Assembly (NCBI GenBank): GCA_900317345.1
Contig: ONGK01000005.1
Coordinates: 32,099 to 96,098 of the forward strand
DNA: 64,000 bases
Source: an uncultured Bacteroidales bacterium
GTDB lineage: Bacteria; Bacteroidota; Bacteroidia; Bacteroidales; Paludibacteraceae
Direction of reading: 5' to 3'
Shown: positions 46,414 through 55,324 of the stretch, in pieces
Layout: the number at the start of each line of letters is the position of its first letter
How positions within the stretch are numbered: position 1 is the first letter of the stretch
Notes under the pieces: model-generated
Database searches by the model: none
What the model was told of the DNA's origin: nothing
What the model saw: the letters and a program-made list of their open reading frames with translations, nothing else
Made by a program: the position numbers and the translations under genes

Positions 46414-47532
46414 ATGGACAACTTCACCTTTAATGAGATTCATCAGCAGCCCGCTATGTGGCGCAAAGAACTGCAGGCGCTGTTGGCTGCTAAGGCTGAG
46501 ATTAGTGCATTCATGCACAAGTATTTAACCCCGGATACAGACATCGTCCTTACTGGTGCCGGTACGTCCGCTTTTATCGGAGATGCCTTACTTCCCGTAA
46601 TGCGTGGCATGTGGCAAAATGTGCGTTCCGTGCCGACAACCGACCTCATCACCCATTCGGAATATCTGCTCTCGAAAGAGCGTCCGTTGCTGCTCGTCAG
46701 CTTCGCTCGTTCCGGTAACAGCCCGGAGAGTGTCGGCGCTGTGAACTTGGCTAACAAGCTCTGCAAGAACGTGGCGCATGTCTACATCACCTGCAACAAA
46801 AACGGCAAACTGGCGCAACAGGCTGCAGGCAAAGACAACATCCTCCTGCTTCTCTTGCCCGAGGAAACCGACGACAAGTCGCTGGCAATGACCAGCAGCT
46901 TCTCCACCATGCTCCTTACCTGCCTCATGCTTGGTCATATTGACCGACTGGACAAGGATGCCGATATGATTGAGAAGACCGCTAAGAATGCGGAGACTGT
47001 GATTGCCGAGTATGAGGAGAAACTCAAAGCCATCGGCGAGCGTCCGTTCGAGCGTGGTGTCTTCCTCGGTTCCGGTGCTCTCAAAGGTATCGCAGAGGAG
47101 TGCCATCTCAAGCTGCAGGAACTCACCGACGGTGCTGTCGTTTGTAAGTTTGATAGCTTCCTCGGCTTCCGTCACGGACCGAAAGCGGTGGTCAACAACA
47201 AGTCGTTGGTAGCATACCTCATGGTCGATGACGAGAAGGTGCAGCGTTATGAGCGCGACCTCGTTAAGCAGGTCGATGCTAATAACACACCGGTAGCACA
47301 AGTCATCGTCATTGCAGGTCGCAAACCTGAACTGCCGGGCGTGAAAGCGGACCTCGTTGTGGCAATGCCGTATGGACCGAAGGATACCGATTTCTATGGT
47401 ATCGTACCATACGTACTCGTTGGCCAGCTCCTCGGCTTCTATGCTTCGAAGGCACACGGCCTTAACCCCGATGCTCCATCCGTTTCCGGAAACATCCACC
47501 GTGTGGTAGAAGGTGTCACCATCTATGAATAA
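46414..47532 (+). CDS. agaS: SIS-domain sugar-phosphate isomerase/deaminase, AgaS-like
   Basis: 372 aa. EIHQQPAMW, double SIS layout (TGAGTSAFIG...SFARSGNSPES...). The length fits AgaS. Confidence 0.75.
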   Translation: MDNFTFNEIHQQPAMWRKELQALLAAKAEISAFMHKYLTPDTDIVLTGAGTSAFIGDALLPVMRGMWQNVRSVPTTDLITHSEYLLSKERPLLLVSFARSGNSPESVGAVNLANKLCKNVAHVYITCNKNGKLAQQAAGKDNILLLLLPEETDDKSLAMTSSFSTMLLTCLMLGHIDRLDKDADMIEKTAKNAETVIAEYEEKLKAIGERPFERGVFLGSGALKGIAEECHLKLQELTDGAVVCKFDSFLGFRHGPKAVVNNKSLVAYLMVDDEKVQRYERDLVKQVDANNTPVAQVIVIAGRKPELPGVKADLVVAMPYGPKDTDFYGIVPYVLVGQLLGFYASKAHGLNPDAPSVSGNIHRVVEGVTIYE

Positions 47533-47566
47533 AAGAATTGTAAATAACTAAATTGTAAATATCACT

Positions 47567-48796
47567 ATGGCAAAAACTGAGAATATCCTCCGCGTAATGG
47601 AGGAGCGTAAAAAAGCAACTGGAGTTCCTATGACACTTTTTGCGGCTTGCCCGAACTCCCTGTCTGTAATCAAAGCATCGTTCCGTGCTGCAAAGCGTAA
47701 TAACTCGCCTATCTATTTCGCTACCACCCTTAATCAGGTGGACTGCGATGGCGGTTATACCGGCATGACGCAGGAGATCTTCACCAAGATTCTTGCTCGT
47801 GAGGCTGCGGCTGTGCACTATACCGGACCGTACGTAGTGGCTATCGACCATGGTGGCCCGTGGCTCAAGGATATTCAGTCCATCGAGCGTTGGGACACCG
47901 AGCGTGCCATGAATGGCGTCAAGAAGAGCTATGAAGCAGCTATCCTTGCCGGATACGACCTCATTCACGTGGACCCGACCGTAGATATCTTCCTGCCGAA
48001 GGGCCAGATTATTGACATCCATGTGGTTGTAAAGCGCACGGTTGAGTTAATCAAGCATGCCGAGGATTTCCGCAAGGCGCATAATATCGCTCCTATCTCC
48101 TATGAGGTAGGTACAGAAGAGGTGCACGGAGGTCTGGCTGACGAGAAGACCTTCGATACCTTCCTCGAGGGCTTGAAGAAAGGTCTGCACGAGGTAGGTC
48201 TGGATGATATCTGGCCTTGCTTCATCGTAGGTAAGGTAGGTACCGACCTTCACACTACCTTCTTTGATGCGAATGTAGCACGTGAACTGACAGCAAAAGT
48301 TCGTCCGTATGGTAGCTATATCAAGGGTCACTATTCCGATGATGTAGATAACCCGGAGGATTATCCGAAGGCAGGCATGGGAGCAGCGAACGTAGGTCCG
48401 GAGTTCACCATGAATGAGTATGACGCACTGGCTGAACTCGAGGAAGAGGAGAAGAAACTGCATGCAGAAGGCAAAGTGGCTCAACTCAGCAACATGACCA
48501 AGGTGCTCTGGCAATGCGTTTATGACTCCAACCGCTGGAAGAAATGGCTCCGTGGTGACGAGGTAGGAAAAGACCTCAGCGAGTGCTCGCCTGAGCGCCA
48601 GCAGTGGCTCGTGAAGACCGGTTGCCGTTATATCTGGCAGAAACCGGAAGCGCTTGTAGCTCGTCAAATGCTCTATGATAACCTTGAGCGCCTCGGAATC
48701 CAGGCGGAGGAAGTGGTCCTCATGCGCATCGAGCATAATATGGATAAGTATTACAATGCATTTAATATTGTTAATCTTAACGATTATCTGAAATAA
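47567..48796 (+). CDS. GatZ/KbaZ-family protein (tagatose-bisphosphate aldolase accessory subunit / tagatose-6-P epimerase family)
   Basis: 409 aa. ...FAACPNSLSVIKASFRAAKRNNSPIYFATTLNQVDCDGGYTGMT... parallels the GatZ/KbaZ N-terminal block. Confidence 0.7.
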   Translation: MAKTENILRVMEERKKATGVPMTLFAACPNSLSVIKASFRAAKRNNSPIYFATTLNQVDCDGGYTGMTQEIFTKILAREAAAVHYTGPYVVAIDHGGPWLKDIQSIERWDTERAMNGVKKSYEAAILAGYDLIHVDPTVDIFLPKGQIIDIHVVVKRTVELIKHAEDFRKAHNIAPISYEVGTEEVHGGLADEKTFDTFLEGLKKGLHEVGLDDIWPCFIVGKVGTDLHTTFFDANVARELTAKVRPYGSYIKGHYSDDVDNPEDYPKAGMGAANVGPEFTMNEYDALAELEEEEKKLHAEGKVAQLSNMTKVLWQCVYDSNRWKKWLRGDEVGKDLSECSPERQQWLVKTGCRYIWQKPEALVARQMLYDNLERLGIQAEEVVLMRIEHNMDKYYNAFNIVNLNDYLK

Positions 48797-48802
48797 ACAG
48801 TC

Positions 48803-50185
48803 ATGAAAAAGCTGTATATCTTTACGCTGATGGTGGTGATGCTGGGGGCATGCGGGTGCGAAAAACCGCAGTCTCCGGTTGATCCGCAGCCTTATGAGGA
48901 ACCGGTGATGGTGAATCCAGATATGTCGCTCATTACGAGTTCGGTACCCGTCACGGATAATTGGATTTGGAGTGGAAAACCGGCTATCACCATACGTATT
49001 GAGAATAAAAACGACAGTGCGGTAAAACTGGATACAAAGGTGAAGATAACCACGGATACCAAAAGCAATGTGGTTACGCTCACCGATACCGTCATCGTTT
49101 CAGCTCGGAGTGTGAAAGAGTTTGTCGTGAAAACGGACGAAGATATAGATCCCGGTTTCTATCGTGCCGCATGTTACGTTCATGGTAAGACGGTGCGTAA
49201 TTTCTGCTTTGGTATTGACCCCTTCGATATCGTTTCTGCGCCGGATAAGCAAACCGACTACGACCAGTTCTGGCAGACGGCGAAAGACCAGCTGGCTGAG
49301 GTGGATATGAAGGCTACCCTCAAGGAGATAACCGAGCGTAGTTCGGCCAAGCGCAAGGTCTATCTGGTGGAGATGTACTCTGTACCGGATGGTCTAACCG
49401 GAGCCCCTGTGAAGATTCGGGGATATTATCTCGAGCCGCAGGATGGAGCCCAACATCCGGTTATCCTCCACTTCTATGGGTATGACACCCAGGGAAGCAA
49501 ATCGAAATGCGAGTGCCCCTATGGTGGCTCGTCGGAGTATGCCGAGTTCTATCTCTCCCACCGCGGACAATACCTCAACAACCGCCCTGCGGGAACGAAC
49601 CCCGGCGTGGATGAGGAAACCGTTAACATCTACGGCGACTGGTTTGCATACAATTTCGGAGACAAGGACAGCTATTATTATCGCGGTGCGTTTATGGATT
49701 GCGTGCAGGCTGTGCGCTTCATGGCAACGCGCGAGACAAGCGATATGACGCATCTCTTCGCGGAAGGTTCCAGCCAAGGCGGGGCACTCAGCTATGCTTG
49801 TGCTGCCCTCAGCGACTATCCGTTCACGGCACTGGCGCCCAATGTGGCGTTCCTGGGTGACTTCCCGGACTATTTCAAGATCGTAGGATGGCCTGCTGAA
49901 ACGGCTAAGAAAGAGGCGAAAAAGAAAGGAATGACGGACGAAGAGATGTATACCTTCCTCTCGTATTTCGACACCAAGAATCTGGCAACCCGTATCTCGG
50001 CCGCTGTGCTGGCGAGTAGCGGACTGCAGGATGGCACATGCCCACCGCATACCAATATTGCGCCGTTTAACAACCTCCGCACACCGGAGGCTGACAAAGA
50101 GTATATCTTCGCGCCGGAGATGCAGCATGACTTTCCTGCCGGATGGGTTTCCAAATGGAATAACTTCTTTAAAGCAAGAATGTAA
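48803..50185 (+). CDS. lipoprotein with CE7 acetyl esterase (AXE1/cephalosporin-C deacetylase) domain
   Basis: Lipobox LGACGC. An Ig-like spacer of about 120 aa, then the AXE1 core with nucleophile elbow AEGSSQGGALS and C-terminal ...HDFP. Confidence 0.75.
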   Translation: MKKLYIFTLMVVMLGACGCEKPQSPVDPQPYEEPVMVNPDMSLITSSVPVTDNWIWSGKPAITIRIENKNDSAVKLDTKVKITTDTKSNVVTLTDTVIVSARSVKEFVVKTDEDIDPGFYRAACYVHGKTVRNFCFGIDPFDIVSAPDKQTDYDQFWQTAKDQLAEVDMKATLKEITERSSAKRKVYLVEMYSVPDGLTGAPVKIRGYYLEPQDGAQHPVILHFYGYDTQGSKSKCECPYGGSSEYAEFYLSHRGQYLNNRPAGTNPGVDEETVNIYGDWFAYNFGDKDSYYYRGAFMDCVQAVRFMATRETSDMTHLFAEGSSQGGALSYACAALSDYPFTALAPNVAFLGDFPDYFKIVGWPAETAKKEAKKKGMTDEEMYTFLSYFDTKNLATRISAAVLASSGLQDGTCPPHTNIAPFNNLRTPEADKEYIFAPEMQHDFPAGWVSKWNNFFKARM

Positions 50186-50198
50186 TTAATAAATCAAC

Positions 50199-51143
50199 AT
50201 GAAAACATTTGATATTATCGCTTTAGGCGAATTAAACGTCGATTTGATTCTCAATCAGATAGAAGGGCAACCGGAAATAGGTAAAGAGAAGTTTGCTAAG
50301 CGAATGACACTTACCTTGGGTAGTTCCACCGCTATCTTTGCTGCAAACGCAGCGGCACTGGGTGCTAAAGTGGCCTTCTGCGGCATGATTGGAAACGATA
50401 GTTTCGGCGACCTCGTGGAGACAAGTCTTCGCGCAAAAGGGGTGGACACACGCTATCTCATCCGCCAGGATAAGTACGCTACCGGTGCTACCATCTGCAT
50501 GAGTTATGATGAGGACCGTGCGAACCTGACTTACCAGGGCGCCATGGATTACATGGGGCTGGCAGACATCAACCCCGAGGTCTTCAAGCAGACCAAGCAT
50601 ATCCATATTTCCTCTATCTATATGCAGAGCGGTGTGAAGCGCGACCTCATGAAGATTCTCGAGCTCTGCAAAGAGAATGGTGTTACTGTCACGCTGGATA
50701 GCCAGTGGGATCCGACTGAGCAATGGGACCTCGACTACAAAGCCGTCCTGCCTTTGCTCACCGTCTTCATGCCCAATGAGACCGAACTTAAGTTCCTCAC
50801 ACGCTCAGAGACCTTGGAAGAGGCCATCGAGAAGATTCGTCCGTACACCAACGCTGCGGTTATCAAGTGCGGCAGTAAGGGCTCTATCCTCATGCGCAAA
50901 GGCCAACCCGACCGCAAGCAGGCGGCATTGCTCAATAAGAATGTAGTCGATTGCATCGGTGCCGGTGACTCGTTCAACTCGGGCTTCATCACACGTCTCG
51001 CTGCTGGCGATCCGTTGGATAGATGCCAGGAGTATGGTAACATGACCGGAGCTGTCAATACCACTGCAGCTGGTGGCACCACCGCTTTCACGTGCCGTGA
51101 AGACGTAGAGCGTATCGGCCGTGAACGCTTCGGCTGGAATTGA
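50199..51143 (+). CDS. PfkB-family sugar(-phosphate) kinase
   Basis: 314 aa. ALGELNVDL, GGSTAIFA-like block, and the C-terminal DCIGAGDSFNSGF motif. Confidence 0.8.
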   Translation: MKTFDIIALGELNVDLILNQIEGQPEIGKEKFAKRMTLTLGSSTAIFAANAAALGAKVAFCGMIGNDSFGDLVETSLRAKGVDTRYLIRQDKYATGATICMSYDEDRANLTYQGAMDYMGLADINPEVFKQTKHIHISSIYMQSGVKRDLMKILELCKENGVTVTLDSQWDPTEQWDLDYKAVLPLLTVFMPNETELKFLTRSETLEEAIEKIRPYTNAAVIKCGSKGSILMRKGQPDRKQAALLNKNVVDCIGAGDSFNSGFITRLAAGDPLDRCQEYGNMTGAVNTTAAGGTTAFTCREDVERIGRERFGWN

Positions 51144-51166
51144 ACCCTTAAACTCCTTGAACTCAA

Positions 51167-53524
51167 GTGAAAAAAATCGCTTTCATAGTACTCTTCGTAG
51201 CAGCGGCGCTTCATGCGTCAGCTGCTACGTGGTATGTGCGTACAGACGGACAGGACGGCAATGACGGCAAGTCCTGGGAGAACGCGCAGGCGTCTATCCG
51301 TCTGGGCATAGATAACTGTCGCGTGGGCGACACGCTGCGCATAGAGGAGGGTACGTATTATGAAGGCATCATCCTCAAGGAGGGAATAACGATTATCGGC
51401 GAAGGACAGGTTATCCTCGATGGTACCGGCCTGAATACGCGTCTTATCTCCTGTGTCGCTGATTGCAAACGGCCTACGCGTATCGAGCATATCACCCTGC
51501 AGAATGCCCGTCATAACCAGCGAGGCGGAGCAGCGTGGCTGCGTGGAAAGGTCGTCATGCGGCATTGCGTCATTCGCGGATGCAGCGGTTTGCAGTGCGG
51601 AGGTGTGCTTATCAAAGGTGACCTGCCGGAAGCCTCAGCACTCGGTGCACGACTCGAAGATTGTCTCATTTACAACTGCTCGGCTACGGGGCATGACTGG
51701 CCCGATGCAGGCGGAGTGGCGAACTTCGATGGTGTACTGAGGAATTGCATCATCGCTAATAACTATGGAGATCGATACGGAGGTATCCACTCCGAGAGTT
51801 CGGTCTATAGTTGTACCATGTGGGGAAACAAGTCCGAGTATGGCTTTGTGGACCCATCCAATTATGTCTCGGATGAGAGCACGTCCGGCATGAGCCGCGC
51901 GGACGAAGGTTTCGAAGACCATTTCTTTGCGAAACCCTGGCTGGACGCGAATAACGAAGCGGAGAACGGTCCGCATTTCCGTGACCCATCAACGTTTGTC
52001 GGGGTGCCCATTACCGATGCGGAGCAGGCTATCATGCTGGCAGCCGACTATACCATCGGCGCGCCGACGCACCGAATCGCCTCCATGCCGCCTGCTTCAC
52101 CGCGCGACTATGCCCCAACGAATCTTGTCAAGATACCTGAACCCTTACCCTATACAGTTCCTTCTTTCATCGGTCATCTCCTAGACAATACAGCACCGCT
52201 CGTGCCGAGAGAGCAACCCTATTGCATGGTGGCTACCATCAATGGTGACCCCAAGACCCGAATGGGCTTCTGCTGGTTTACCAACGAAGGTGTCACAAAC
52301 GGCGAAGTGCAAATCATTGCTAAAGCCAATGCTACAGAAGAGGACTTTAATCGTGAAATCTCAAATCACAAATCACAAATCACAAATGTCGTAGCCACCG
52401 CAACGACCACTCCGCCATTGCACTACGCCATCTCCTCTTCGGGTATTCTGAAGAAGGCGAAGATAGATAAAAGCACCGCTTTCCGCTATGTTAGCCATAA
52501 AGCGCTGGCTCAGAACCTCACGCCCGGAACGGATTATTCCTATCGCGTCGGCTATGAGGGACATTGGAGCGAGATAGGCCATTTCCGCACCGCGGATGCA
52601 GAGCAGGGCGAATTTTCCTTCATCTACATGACCGATAGTCATATACAAGATAAGGAATACGTGGATGAGGCGCGCTTGTGTGCGGATGCGGTCGCGCGTA
52701 ATGAGCGCAAAGCACGCTTCTGTGTCTTCCCGGGCGACTTTGTCGATACCGGTACGGACAATAACTCCGAATGGGAATGGGAGCGCTGGTTCGAAGAAGC
52801 GCTTAAGCCCGTTATTATGGCGATGCCGATTGTTCCGACCGATGGTAACCATGACGACAGCCCGCTGCTTAACTATTCCTATCATTTCAATACCGATACC
52901 ACATTTAATTTAGAGACGAAAATCCGTCCGCAGTTTGCGGGCATCAACTATAGTTTCTGCTATGGAAATATGCAACTCATTGCATTCTCCATGCAGGATT
53001 TCTGGCGAGGAGAATATAACTATACTTCCGGCACCTCGGAGTTCCTCACGCGCGATTTGGGCGGTTGGTTCAAACGGCAAGTGGCGGCAGCGCCGGATGC
53101 TACATGGCGTGTAGGCTTGGTGCATAAGAATCTCTTCTCCGGCTCTGACCATCAGCGCGATAAAGAGACCCCGCTGCTTCGTGCTACCATGTTGCCGCTG
53201 ATGAAGGAGTGTAATATCAATCTTGTCCTGCAGGGTCATGATCATTGCTATGAAGTCATCGGTCCCGTGGACTCTACGCTCTATTTCATTGGTGCTACGT
53301 GTGGCGCGAAACGCTATACACCGCTCACGCGCGAAGAGATGGACGCATCCAAGCATATCCACCATGTGGAGAACTATTTCGACCTCTTCTCGCATCTCGC
53401 GCAACCCGGCGCACCGAGTTATACCCGCGTGACTGTGAAGAAAAACCAGCTGTTGCTCGAGACCTTCAAGGTCCTTCCCAACGGCCAAACAGAATTGTTT
53501 AACACCATTTATCTAAATAAATAA
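51167..53524 (+). CDS. secreted beta-helix + purple-acid-phosphatase-like metallophosphoesterase (paralog P1)
   Basis: GTG start with signal peptide MKKIAFIVLFVAAALHASA. Beta-helix opening TWYVRTDGQDGNDGKSWENA plus C..NC/NN repeats. Metallophosphoesterase motifs MTDSH, PGDFV, TDGNHD, GLVHKN, QGHDHCYE. Confidence 0.8.
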   Translation: MKKIAFIVLFVAAALHASAATWYVRTDGQDGNDGKSWENAQASIRLGIDNCRVGDTLRIEEGTYYEGIILKEGITIIGEGQVILDGTGLNTRLISCVADCKRPTRIEHITLQNARHNQRGGAAWLRGKVVMRHCVIRGCSGLQCGGVLIKGDLPEASALGARLEDCLIYNCSATGHDWPDAGGVANFDGVLRNCIIANNYGDRYGGIHSESSVYSCTMWGNKSEYGFVDPSNYVSDESTSGMSRADEGFEDHFFAKPWLDANNEAENGPHFRDPSTFVGVPITDAEQAIMLAADYTIGAPTHRIASMPPASPRDYAPTNLVKIPEPLPYTVPSFIGHLLDNTAPLVPREQPYCMVATINGDPKTRMGFCWFTNEGVTNGEVQIIAKANATEEDFNREISNHKSQITNVVATATTTPPLHYAISSSGILKKAKIDKSTAFRYVSHKALAQNLTPGTDYSYRVGYEGHWSEIGHFRTADAEQGEFSFIYMTDSHIQDKEYVDEARLCADAVARNERKARFCVFPGDFVDTGTDNNSEWEWERWFEEALKPVIMAMPIVPTDGNHDDSPLLNYSYHFNTDTTFNLETKIRPQFAGINYSFCYGNMQLIAFSMQDFWRGEYNYTSGTSEFLTRDLGGWFKRQVAAAPDATWRVGLVHKNLFSGSDHQRDKETPLLRATMLPLMKECNINLVLQGHDHCYEVIGPVDSTLYFIGATCGAKRYTPLTREEMDASKHIHHVENYFDLFSHLAQPGAPSYTRVTVKKNQLLLETFKVLPNGQTELFNTIYLNK
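52356..52387 (+). repeat. heptanucleotide repeat (AAATCAC) inside P1 coding sequence
   Basis: AAATCTC AAATCAC AAATCAC AAATCAC AAAT: three perfect units, one degenerate unit and a partial unit. It encodes ISNHKSQIT, which is absent from paralogs P2 and P3. Confidence 0.9.
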
Positions 53525-53538
53525 AAACACGTATTGTT

Positions 53539-55305
53539 ATGAAAAAGAAATTCTATTATCTGTTGATGCTTGTATGCTGCATCTGTCTTGTAGCTTGTGA
53601 GAAACCGGTTGAACCCCAACCAGGACCGGGACCGGATCCGGAACCGGGACCCGACACAACAGCCGTTGTGCCAAAGACAGAGTGGGAGAAAGCCGATTCT
53701 GCGTATACGGAGCATGACTACACGATTCCGAGCCACACAGCCCTTAAACTGGCTATCCATGTTTGTGCTGCCAACCCGACCGAGGAGAATCTGGAGGCGA
53801 TGCGCCAAAAGATCACGGAGTTGCAGCCCAAAGAGATGCCTTACTGCATGGTAGCTACGATTAACGGTGACCCGCAGACGCGTATGGGTTTTGCTTGGTT
53901 CACGAATGATAGCATCTTTGATGGCGAGGTGCAGATTGTTGCTATGAAGGATGCTACGGAAGAGGACTTCAACGGAGGAAACGTGACGACGATAAAAGCG
54001 GAAGCAACTCGCACCAAGAAAGCGCTGCGTTATGTCGGTCAGTGCTCGTATATCTATACGAAGGCTGACCTATCGGCTGGAACCAAATATTTCTATGTCA
54101 GCCATAAGGCGCTGGCGGAGAATCTGACACCGGGCACCGACTATTCTTGGCGTGTGGGATATGGCGACTATTGGAGCCCGATTGCCCAATTCCGTACAGA
54201 GGATGCCGCGCAGGGTGAGTACTCGTTCATCGTTATGTCCGATAGTCATATCATGAACAAGGAATATGTGGATTATGCACGTCGTTGTGCCTTAGCGGCT
54301 GTCAAGACCGTGCCGGATGCACGCTTCTGCTGTTTCCCCGGCGACTTCGTGGAGGATGGCACACTGGCGAACTCCGAATGGGAGTGGGAGCGCTGGTTTG
54401 AGGAGTCGATGGAGCCTATCATCAAAAGGATGCCTATTGTGCCTACAGATGGTAACCATGACGACAGCCCGAATATCAACTATACCTACCATTTCAATAC
54501 AGATAGATCGTTCAACGAACTTACTACCAAGCCGCAATTCGAGGGAATTACCTATAGTTTCGTCTATGGTGATGCACTCTTCCTCGTCTTCTCTATGCAG
54601 GATTTCTGGCGCTTGGATTATAGCTATGTGGACTGGAATTCAGCTTATCTGACCGATTATCTGGGATATTGGTTCCGTCGGGAAACAAGCAAAAACCCGA
54701 ATACCAAGTATCGTATCTCGCTTGCGCACTTCAACCTCTTCTCCGGTTCCGATCACTCGACCGATGAAGAGCCGCCTTTGTTCCGTGCTTGTATGCTGCC
54801 GGTCTTCAAGGATTGCGAGATTGATGTTGCGCTCCAAGGACACGATCATACTTATGAGGTTATAGGTCCGGTTAATCCCGATAGTCTCACACCTATTCTC
54901 TCCGCTATTTCTGATCGTCAGCAAGTTGCAGGTGGTTCGGAGAAGAACATGACAGGATATGAGGGAGGTACATATCGCACGGACGATGGTACGTTCTATT
55001 TCATCGGCGCTACCTGTGGCCGTAAACGCTATTCTCCGCACAGCCGTGAGCGGATGGAGAGAGAATATACGGATGACCCGGATGTGTTGAGAGATGGCAA
55101 ACATCATAACGTGAAGAACTATTTCGACCTCTTCACCGGTATGTTCGGTCAGCCCGGTAATCCTTGCTTCACCAAAATCACGGTGAAGGATGACTGCCTC
55201 GAGTTCAACTCGTATACAGCGGATGATGATCGCGGCAATGTGTCTTTGCTCAACACTATGCGTGTTGTCCGCACCAAAGACCACTCTATCCCGATGCTGC
55301 AATAA
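53539..55305 (+). CDS. lipoprotein purple-acid-phosphatase-like metallophosphoesterase (paralog P2)
   Basis: Lipobox CLVAC followed by the Pro/Gly linker PQPGPGPDPEPGPD. Same core as P1 and P3 (MSDSH, PGDFV, TDGNHD, QGHDHTYE). No beta-helix and no C-terminal tail. Confidence 0.8.
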   Translation: MKKKFYYLLMLVCCICLVACEKPVEPQPGPGPDPEPGPDTTAVVPKTEWEKADSAYTEHDYTIPSHTALKLAIHVCAANPTEENLEAMRQKITELQPKEMPYCMVATINGDPQTRMGFAWFTNDSIFDGEVQIVAMKDATEEDFNGGNVTTIKAEATRTKKALRYVGQCSYIYTKADLSAGTKYFYVSHKALAENLTPGTDYSWRVGYGDYWSPIAQFRTEDAAQGEYSFIVMSDSHIMNKEYVDYARRCALAAVKTVPDARFCCFPGDFVEDGTLANSEWEWERWFEESMEPIIKRMPIVPTDGNHDDSPNINYTYHFNTDRSFNELTTKPQFEGITYSFVYGDALFLVFSMQDFWRLDYSYVDWNSAYLTDYLGYWFRRETSKNPNTKYRISLAHFNLFSGSDHSTDEEPPLFRACMLPVFKDCEIDVALQGHDHTYEVIGPVNPDSLTPILSAISDRQQVAGGSEKNMTGYEGGTYRTDDGTFYFIGATCGRKRYSPHSRERMEREYTDDPDVLRDGKHHNVKNYFDLFTGMFGQPGNPCFTKITVKDDCLEFNSYTADDDRGNVSLLNTMRVVRTKDHSIPMLQ

Positions 55306-55324
55306 TCCTTTAAATATAATTATT

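Noticed and set aside
55190-55324. N-terminal extensions of track ORFs (55190, 29401, 18031, 32838, 2217, 19022, 43603, 12426).
   Set aside because: The extensions overlap upstream genes or promoter boxes and lack signal-peptide logic. Internal starts give canonical N-termini or signal peptides.
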